Of a stretch of 64,000 nt of DNA, positions 57,295 to 64,000 are shown piece after piece. A model generated the notes under the pieces. That model worked only from the letters and a program-made list of their open reading frames with translations, had not been told where the DNA came from and made no database searches. Where the stretch lies: assembly GCA_965248435.1 (NCBI GenBank), contig OZ252100.1, positions 2,752,001 through 2,816,000 of the forward strand, written 5' to 3'. Origin of the DNA: Candidatus Latescibacterota bacterium. GTDB taxonomy: Bacteria; Latescibacterota; UBA2968; GCA-2709665. How positions within the stretch are numbered: the first letter of the stretch is position 1; the number at the start of each line of letters is the position of its first letter. Made by a program: the position numbers and the translations under genes.

Positions 57295-59571
57295 ATGAGA
57301 AGATGCAGACAATGGATTGTGGCCATCGTCACCGTAACGATGTGGGGATGCGCCGAGGATGTCCGTATCCTGGACGGACCCCACGTGCTTCCTGAGGCGG
57401 CAGACCAGGTTGTTGTGACCTGGGAAACCGAACTGCCCGGAGACTCTTGGGTGGACTACGGACTCACAGACCGTTACGGCCTTCGGACCGGATCAGAGAC
57501 GCCTGTGCATTCGCATCGCGTGACGCTTTCAAACCTGCGTCTGGGGCGACGCTATTTCTACAAGGTCTCCTCCGCGGGCAGCCGGCGTGAAGGGACATTT
57601 ACCGCAGGCGTAGAATTCACTAAAGGACCCTATTCCCAGAACGTAACGCCCTCCGGAATCGTACTGATGTGGGAGATGGAACCAGCCGTTGACTCAAAGG
57701 TCGCATACGGGCCAATGGGCGCCCCGGCCGATACGGTGACGTCCGAAGGGCCTGAAGGGGTCCACGAGGTGAAGCTGACCGGGCTTCTACCCGGGACCCG
57801 CTATCGCTATCGGGCTTTTGCCGAGGGCCTGAGCACCCCGGAGGCCGTCTTCACTACGCCGGCACCGGCGGACACGGCATTCAGTTTCCTGCTGTATGGA
57901 GACAGCCGGAATAACCCGGAAGTGCACGGCGCCCTGGTCGCGCAAATGGTACGACATCCCGTCGACTTTGTGCTTCATTCAGGCGACTTTGTCTACGACG
58001 GCCTGGAGGAGGATCTGTGGGGTCCTGAGTTTTTTGATCCCGTTCACGCGCTCGCCCTGCGTGCACCCATTTATCCGGCACTGGGCAATCACGAACACGA
58101 TAGCCCGGCATACTATCGGTTCTTCTCCGTGCCCTCCAACGGATCGACCACAAGACCGGAAGCCTGGTATGCATTCGACTACAAGAACGCCCACTTCGTT
58201 GTCTTGGACACCAACCTGCCGTCGGGACGGTTTGCAGCCAGCACCGAACAACTCCACTGGCTGGAGCAGGATCTGAAGGCCACCGATGCTGAGTGGACGT
58301 TTGCTATGTTCCACCACCCGCTGTATAGCTCCGGCAGGCACAAGAGCGATCTGGCGCTGCGCAAGGCGCTGATGCCCCTATTCGAGCGATATGGGGTGGA
58401 CATGCTACTCACCGGACACGATCACCTGTATGAACGCACGTGGCCCCTCCTTCGGGGGGAACGCCGAGAGGACGGCATCATCCACGTTGTCAGCGGAGGC
58501 GGAGGCGCGACGCTCTACGCGGCGGGCCGGAGCCCCTGGACGGCAGTCTCCAAGAGTGCCTCCCATTACTGCGTGCTTCAGGTCTCGGGATCCAGGCTTG
58601 ACTTAGATGTCTTCGACATCGAGGGAAGCCAGATCGATGCGCTGACCGTTCATAAGGACCACACCGCCCTCGATCGGATGCTGGAGGCCGTGAAGGGGGA
58701 TGACCCGGCGCGGAGGCTGGAGGCCACGAAGGAGTTGGGGCGAACAGGCCGCCTGAAGGCAGCCCAGGCAATCGCCGCTCTGTCGGAGGCCGAGGAGGTT
58801 GAGATCCGCCGGGCGGTTGCCGAGGCCCTAGCACGGATCGGGAGTCAGAAGGGGCTAAAAGCGCTGCTGGCCCTCAGTGTCGAGGAAGATGTAGAGGTGA
58901 GAAGGTGGGCCTTGCGGGGACTGATCGATCTGGGAGGTCCTGAGGTTGCCGGGATCTGCTTGAATCGCTTGATGGATCCTGATCCCCAGGTAAGACGCAC
59001 GGCGGCCAAGGGGCTGCAGCGGAGCCCCTTCACAGGGGCCGTGTCAGCGCTCGTGAAAGCGGCCGATCAAGACGAAGACGCCGGCGTACGTTTGGAGGTC
59101 GTTCGGGCGCTTGAAGCGACCACAGGAAGCTCCTCGGAAAACGCCCTGATCGCGGCCCTGAGCGATTCAGATCCCCGCGTCAGGCACGCGGCCTTCGATG
59201 GAGTGCTACAAAGAGGGCTGGTGCGTCAGGCAGTGCCGGCGCTGATTGACCTGCTGGATCGGGAGGACACCCGGATGCGTCGAGAGATCATCCACGCCCT
59301 GGGTGAGGTCAGGGATCGGAGGGCGCTATCCGGCCTCACCCAAAGTCTGAAAGATGACGATGCGGCCACCCGGAGGGCTGCGGCGATCGCTCTTGGGAAG
59401 TTGATGGATACCGGAGCGACAGAGGCCCTTATCGGGGCCCTGGAAGACCCCGACAGTCGGGTTCAGACCACGGTGATGCGTGCCCTGGGGGTAATTACTC
59501 GTGAGGTTCACGGCAGCAACCCCAGGGCGTGGAAGCGATGGTGGCGGCAGCATAGGACCGCTCCGCGGTGA
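57295..59571 (+). CDS. Lipoprotein: two FN3-like domains + purple acid phosphatase metallophosphoesterase + HEAT repeats
   Basis: Lipobox-like MWGC, PAP metal motifs GD, GDFVY, GNHE, FHH and GHDH, and C-terminal PBS-lyase HEAT repeats. Confidence 0.88.
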   Translation: MRRCRQWIVAIVTVTMWGCAEDVRILDGPHVLPEAADQVVVTWETELPGDSWVDYGLTDRYGLRTGSETPVHSHRVTLSNLRLGRRYFYKVSSAGSRREGTFTAGVEFTKGPYSQNVTPSGIVLMWEMEPAVDSKVAYGPMGAPADTVTSEGPEGVHEVKLTGLLPGTRYRYRAFAEGLSTPEAVFTTPAPADTAFSFLLYGDSRNNPEVHGALVAQMVRHPVDFVLHSGDFVYDGLEEDLWGPEFFDPVHALALRAPIYPALGNHEHDSPAYYRFFSVPSNGSTTRPEAWYAFDYKNAHFVVLDTNLPSGRFAASTEQLHWLEQDLKATDAEWTFAMFHHPLYSSGRHKSDLALRKALMPLFERYGVDMLLTGHDHLYERTWPLLRGERREDGIIHVVSGGGGATLYAAGRSPWTAVSKSASHYCVLQVSGSRLDLDVFDIEGSQIDALTVHKDHTALDRMLEAVKGDDPARRLEATKELGRTGRLKAAQAIAALSEAEEVEIRRAVAEALARIGSQKGLKALLALSVEEDVEVRRWALRGLIDLGGPEVAGICLNRLMDPDPQVRRTAAKGLQRSPFTGAVSALVKAADQDEDAGVRLEVVRALEATTGSSSENALIAALSDSDPRVRHAAFDGVLQRGLVRQAVPALIDLLDREDTRMRREIIHALGEVRDRRALSGLTQSLKDDDAATRRAAAIALGKLMDTGATEALIGALEDPDSRVQTTVMRALGVITREVHGSNPRAWKRWWRQHRTAPR

Positions 59572-59750
59572 GAATCGGATTTTCCCATCTTTAAAAATTT
59601 CCTGTGGCGTTGAATAGGGTTTCTACAGTGCGCTATATTCAAATCACGCGGTAGGGGTCTTGAGCGCTCCGCTCCTGAGAGAGCACTGATGGAAGGCCGA
59701 ATCAATATCTGGATAGTTACAGCATTCTGAGTCCTCAGGACGACTGCGGT

Positions 59751-60148
59751 ATGAAAAACCCGCGCAAGACAAAAGAGCAGCACATAGATGAATTGGCAGT
59801 AAGACGACAACAGATTGCTGAATTGGAAGCATCTGAAGCCGAACGCAAGCGAACGGAGGAGACGCTGTGCCAGGGCGAGGAAGGTTTCCGAAAGATATTT
59901 GATTATTCCAACGATGCGATATTCATCGTTGATCCAACGCGGGATGAAATCCTCAACCCTAGAGCCTGTCGCATGCTGGGATATTCTCGCGAAGAATCAT
60001 TGTCCCTGCCGCTATCTGCCATTCATCCATATGGATACCCAAGCTACATGCATTTGCACGAATCAGTTTTTGAAGAGGGAAAAGGGGGACAAAACCAACG
60101 ACCTTGGAGGCCAGGATGAAAAGACTGGGGTTCAAGCGTAAGAGATGA
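59751..60148 (+). pseudogene. Internally deleted PAS sigma-54 activator, paralog of 43190..44983
   Basis: PAS sequence KIFDYSNDAIF...[11 protein letters not shown] is joined directly to the last HTH codons KPTTLEARMKRLGFKRKR*, with frameshifts. Confidence 0.88.
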
Positions 60149-60285
60149 GAATTCACAGTATCTTGCGAGTCCCCAAAATACTGGGATTCCCTTAGACCTC
60201 TGGGGTCTCGGATACACTGAGTTGACTTCCACATAAGTTACATTTTTTCAACCACTTGAGAATTTTTAAGGTGGTTTTTTGTTTT

Positions 60286-60301
60286 TGGTATAAGACTTGC
60301 A
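60286..60301 (+). promoter_or_regulatory. Sigma-54 promoter (paralog of 45118)
   Basis: TGGTATAAGACTTGCA fits GG-N10-GC, in a context homologous to 45080-45133. Confidence 0.65.
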
Positions 60302-60341
60302 ATATGTCTGAGCAGAACGAAAGAGAGTAGAATGAAAAACC

Positions 60342-60539
60342 ATGGGAGATGGAAAGATGAAAGGGGATGCCGAGATGATCCCCAAGGGAACGCTGCGAAA
60401 ACGGTCTTTTAGTGATTTGAGACGGATGTTCGATTTTTTGCTCCTATATACCGGCCGTAGCAAAGAGAAGCAGGAGAGAGGAGCGTTAGTGGATACGATT
60501 CAACGCGAACTCTTCCGTGCTCAACAATTCATCCTTTAA
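60342..60539 (+). CDS. Small hypothetical protein (start uncertain)
   Basis: 65-aa helical-looking ORF directly after a sigma-54 promoter. Confidence 0.45.
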   Translation: MGDGKMKGDAEMIPKGTLRKRSFSDLRRMFDFLLLYTGRSKEKQERGALVDTIQRELFRAQQFIL

Positions 60540-61266
60540 GGGTTATTTTAGGCCTGGATCTCATCTATGAAAGAAAAATACAGTTCACACGATCCTGACA
60601 GATGCGAACTTGCAGAGGGAAGTCGTTGAAAATCCAGAGCCTTTTCTTGTGGCGTATGGAGCTGATTGGTACAGACCCTGCCACATTATGGCCCGAATAA
60701 GGAACATGTGATTTGTCAAAAATAGAACTGGAAATGCGTGAGCAAGCGATTTCAAACGAGCCCTTGCCAGACGAATTAGAACCGAGTGCGTACATGCGTA
60801 TGCTGCATGACGCATGGCATGTCTATATGAGGAGTGTGAGCAATGAAAACGAGAAAGTAAATTGAAACACTTGTGAGCGATCATCTATTCGCATTCGACG
60901 CAAAACGAACATGGCCATGTTGTCATTGGCCGGGCGGAAACGTTTGCAGATTTTGAAGCGTTATCAAGGATTTCAAACGCGTGTGTGTTTAGGGTTGGCC
61001 GTTTAAGTTTGACGGCTATAGCAAGAGGATTACATGCTATGAAGAATAACACATTTTACATTGGACAAGCGGTTAAGCCCCGTCCGGAAGTGAGAAGTGA
61101 AGTGACGCTGCTTGTAGTGCTTGCGATTGTAGTGATTTCGTATCTTTTCATATAAGAGGACGTGCGACACGGGGAAAGTTTGCGTAACGGAAGATGCAAC
61201 TGAACAAAGTAAAGCAAGATACAGAGCGTATATAGGCACTCTGCCTAAACAAGAAGGAGGTAACAC

Positions 61267-63087
61267 ATGTTTGTAAAAATTTTTACCACATTGAACGCCG
61301 GAATCCTGGCTTTTCTCCTGCTGGCAGGCATTAGCCTTGCGATGATAAACCAGGTCGATCCGGTCTACTCCTTCGAAGAGGTCACCTCCCTTACGGGAGA
61401 AGCACATAAGCTGCCTCTCCTGGCACAGGAGCTGATCCATCGGGGAGAGCACGAGGGCGCGCTCGTGGTGTTCGAACGCTACATCGCCACCCTGCCCTCC
61501 AAGGAGCAGGAACTCTATTACGACATCTCTCTGGTGGGAATGCGCCAGGACATCGCGGCGTACGAGGCCACCACTCCGGAGACTCGGGAGGCCTTCCTGC
61601 GGAGCTTCTGGCTGCGTCGGGATCCCTTCAAGACGTCTGGAGGGGCCATGCGCCGGGCGGAGCACTACCGCCGGGTCTGGCACGCCCGAGCCACCTACGG
61701 AGAGAAAAAGTGGCCGTGGGACCGTCGGGGAGAGGTCTACATCCGTTACGGAGAGCCCGACTACCGTTCCAGCTCGCAGGAACTGAATGCCAAAGTACCA
61801 CTCAAAATCCAGCGAATTCAAGAGCTTCTGGCCTACGAGCTCTATGGCCAAAAGGCGCTCGGAATGACGTTCGTCGGGCCGGTCTTCCCAATTCGGACGG
61901 ACCGGACGGTCGGGTTGAGATTCAGGGATTTTGGAGTGAATTCTTTGGAAAGCATCGACGAAGTGGGGCTGGTGGAGTGGAAACCGGTGATCGCCGGCTA
62001 CGACCGGTCGGGCGTGCCCTGGGAGGTCTGGATATTTGCCGACATAGGCAACGGCCTGGAGGTCGTCTTCACGGACGAGTTCCGTTCCAGCATCTATGAC
62101 TACGCCCCGATCCCCACCCTGAGCGCATATGACCTGGGCCACCGCGGGGCTGGGCGTGCCGTGCATCTGATCAGCCGGTTGAATGAATATGCCCCCGAGA
62201 CCCGAGTATCCAGAATCGCGAGCATCGAACCCGAGCGCTACGCCATAAGCCACCTAGAGCCGTTCGATTTCCATTACGAAGTGCTCTCTTTCCGGGGTCA
62301 GAACGGGAAGACAGACGTCCAGGTGAATATCGGTATTCCGATCGACAACGTCGCCGTGCCGGGAGAGATCGACACCACGGTGCTGATGGAACGGCGGATC
62401 GCGCTGATCGATAGCAAATACGATGAGGTGAAGAAGACGAGGGTGGACCTGGCGGTCCCCGTCTCCGACAGCAGACGCGACAGGAATATGCTGGCAATGG
62501 ACCGGGTGAATCTGGAGGCGGAGCCCGGAGATTACCGGTTGGCCGTGCAAGTGGGGCGCCGGAACACGAACCGGGTCCAGGTCTACCTGCAGTCATTCTC
62601 ACTCCCCGATTACAGTGGCGACCGGTTGGCCCTGAGTGACCTCCAGGTTGCGCAGCGAGTAACCCAGGCTGAAGCGGATTCAGGTTCCGAGTTTGTGCGG
62701 GGCAGGTGGAGCATCACACCGTCCCCCTCGCACGCCTTCCAAGCCGGAAGTCCCATCTTCGCCTATTTCGAGATCTACAATCTTATGCGAGACAAATTTG
62801 GCGCCACGCGCTACGAAGTGGCCTACGAGGTCCGTGTAGGCGGCGGGGATAACAAAGCACCCATCAGGAGGGACATCCGAAAGCAGAGCGGGGAGACCGT
62901 GTCGATCAGCTATGAACAAACCGGTACCAAGACGATGGAGTCCGACTATGTGGAGCTGGACATGGGGCAGATCGAACCGGGGCGCTATACGGTCCGGATG
63001 ACCGTGAAGGATCTAAACAGCGGGCAGGTGACAGTGCAGGAAGGCGCCTTCCGTGTGCTGCACCCCCTAAAACTTGGCGCGGTTTGA
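61267..63087 (+). CDS. GWxTD-domain protein (variant motif)
   Basis: FW.RRDP...EHYRRV..A...WPWDRRGEVYIRYGEPD, WEVW, and Ig-like C-terminal PGxY.L.V. AAGGAGG RBS. Confidence 0.88.
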   Translation: MFVKIFTTLNAGILAFLLLAGISLAMINQVDPVYSFEEVTSLTGEAHKLPLLAQELIHRGEHEGALVVFERYIATLPSKEQELYYDISLVGMRQDIAAYEATTPETREAFLRSFWLRRDPFKTSGGAMRRAEHYRRVWHARATYGEKKWPWDRRGEVYIRYGEPDYRSSSQELNAKVPLKIQRIQELLAYELYGQKALGMTFVGPVFPIRTDRTVGLRFRDFGVNSLESIDEVGLVEWKPVIAGYDRSGVPWEVWIFADIGNGLEVVFTDEFRSSIYDYAPIPTLSAYDLGHRGAGRAVHLISRLNEYAPETRVSRIASIEPERYAISHLEPFDFHYEVLSFRGQNGKTDVQVNIGIPIDNVAVPGEIDTTVLMERRIALIDSKYDEVKKTRVDLAVPVSDSRRDRNMLAMDRVNLEAEPGDYRLAVQVGRRNTNRVQVYLQSFSLPDYSGDRLALSDLQVAQRVTQAEADSGSEFVRGRWSITPSPSHAFQAGSPIFAYFEIYNLMRDKFGATRYEVAYEVRVGGGDNKAPIRRDIRKQSGETVSISYEQTGTKTMESDYVELDMGQIEPGRYTVRMTVKDLNSGQVTVQEGAFRVLHPLKLGAV

Positions 63088-63626
63088 GGTTCCGAGAGCA
63101 TCTCACGGGCACGCGTCCAGGATGATATCGATTGGCGAAACGGAGTCAGGGACGGTCTACTGGAAAGTGGGCCGTCCTTTTTCGTCCGTGGGGCACCTTA
63201 TTTAAGACGGCAAGCCAACAGGTTAGTGCGTGAGCGGAAAAGAGGAAGCCCTCACCCGAATGCCAACCTGATGTAAGTCATCGGCGTTCATTACCTGAGC
63301 ACCGTTGAGACCTCCGTTGCATGGGCCAGTTTGCACTGGACAACAAGATCACGTTCGGCTACGGTTCGGATCTGGAAGCTGTCGAACGTGAGAGGGATTT
63401 GACTAAAAGAGTCGGTCGAATGGATGTAAAACGACTCTAAAAGCGGTTTCTCCTGTTTTGTTAGGTCTCCTGCGTCGGGCTGCTCAGGATGAGGGTATTT
63501 GTGTTGACATTTGATTAATACTGTACATAAATACTCTTTATAAGTCACATTAGGGTGGAAACAGTGACTCACCAACAAGAGGTAGTCGTGTAAATGTAGT
63601 CGTATTCAAATAAGGAGGGAGGCATC

Positions 63627-64000
63627 ATGGCAGAAACAACTGACGGGAGTAGGGTCAATTGGGGAAGCGCGATTGTTGCAGGATTGGTGGCTACGGTAGT
63701 CATGACGATAACGTTGTGGCTTTCGGGCACAAACATCATAATGGGCCTGGGCGGAATGATGCTCGGTGCAGGCGCAAGCACGACGGCACAGTACATACTG
63801 GGAGGACTAATCCACTTAGCAGTGGGCATTTTTTATGGTATCGTCTATGCAGCGCTCGTTGCACCCGTCACGGGATGGAACACACTTGTGAAGGGTGCAG
63901 TATTTGGCCTCGCGATTACCGCAATGGCCTTGGCGTTTATGCCTGTGCTGGGCTCCATGATGGGCGGAGGCGCTGTCAACCCCTGCAACCCTTGTAATCC
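63627..64000 (+). CDS. Multi-TM membrane protein followed by NPC repeats (partial, runs off the window)
   Basis: Manual translation after the AAGGAGG RBS gives MAETTDGSRVNWGSAIVAGLVATVVMT...IHLAVGIFYGIVYA...KGAVFG...MPVLG...AVNPCNPCN. Confidence 0.8.
   Translation, partial: MAETTDGSRVNWGSAIVAGLVATVVMTITLWLSGTNIIMGLGGMMLGAGASTTAQYILGGLIHLAVGIFYGIVYAALVAPVTGWNTLVKGAVFGLAITAMALAFMPVLGSMMGGGAVNPCNPCN

Noticed and set aside
61030-62253. 407-aa minus-strand ORF
   Set aside because: It is antisense to the well-supported GWxTD gene and has no motifs.
63519-63537. LexA SOS box (CTGT-N8-ACAG)
   Set aside because: The right half is ACTC, the box type is proteobacterial, and the downstream gene is not a repair gene.

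Overview
This is a bacterial chromosomal window with no rRNA, tRNA or CRISPR that I can see. A GWxTD protein and a giant FG-GAP protein ending in an EF-hand/dockerin-like motif suggest an FCB-group candidate phylum such as Latescibacterota (inference). From left to right it holds: the start of the dcw cluster (mraZ-rsmH-ftsL-ftsI), a REC-HDOD regulator, a divergent topoisomerase IV (parE-parC), a MoxR AAA ATPase with an unknown partner, an MFS transporter, an acetamidase and a Phd-VapC toxin-antitoxin pair. Next come a 2699-aa FG-GAP/IPT surface protein, an acyl-AMP ligase-ACP-acyltransferase fusion, an IS30 element, an NTT-HEAT-cNMP transporter, oxidoreductases and a PAS hybrid kinase. The right half is a sigma-54 neighbourhood: a PAS enhancer-binding protein, four -24/-12 promoters, prkA-yeaH-spoVR, duplicated lipoproteins with DUF3179, and an internally deleted copy of the activator. 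The best leads are (1) a signal-peptide-bearing FAM20C-like kinase encoded between a secreted TPR protein and a lipoprotein purple-acid-phosphatase/HEAT fusion, a possible extracytoplasmic kinase/phosphatase system; (2) a roughly 300-bp structured composite repeat in three copies with nested REP insertions; (3) the local sigma-54 regulon with a co-varying enhancer dyad; and (4) a terminator/antiterminator switch in the leader of the giant surface protein. All family calls are by eye from motifs; no searches were run.
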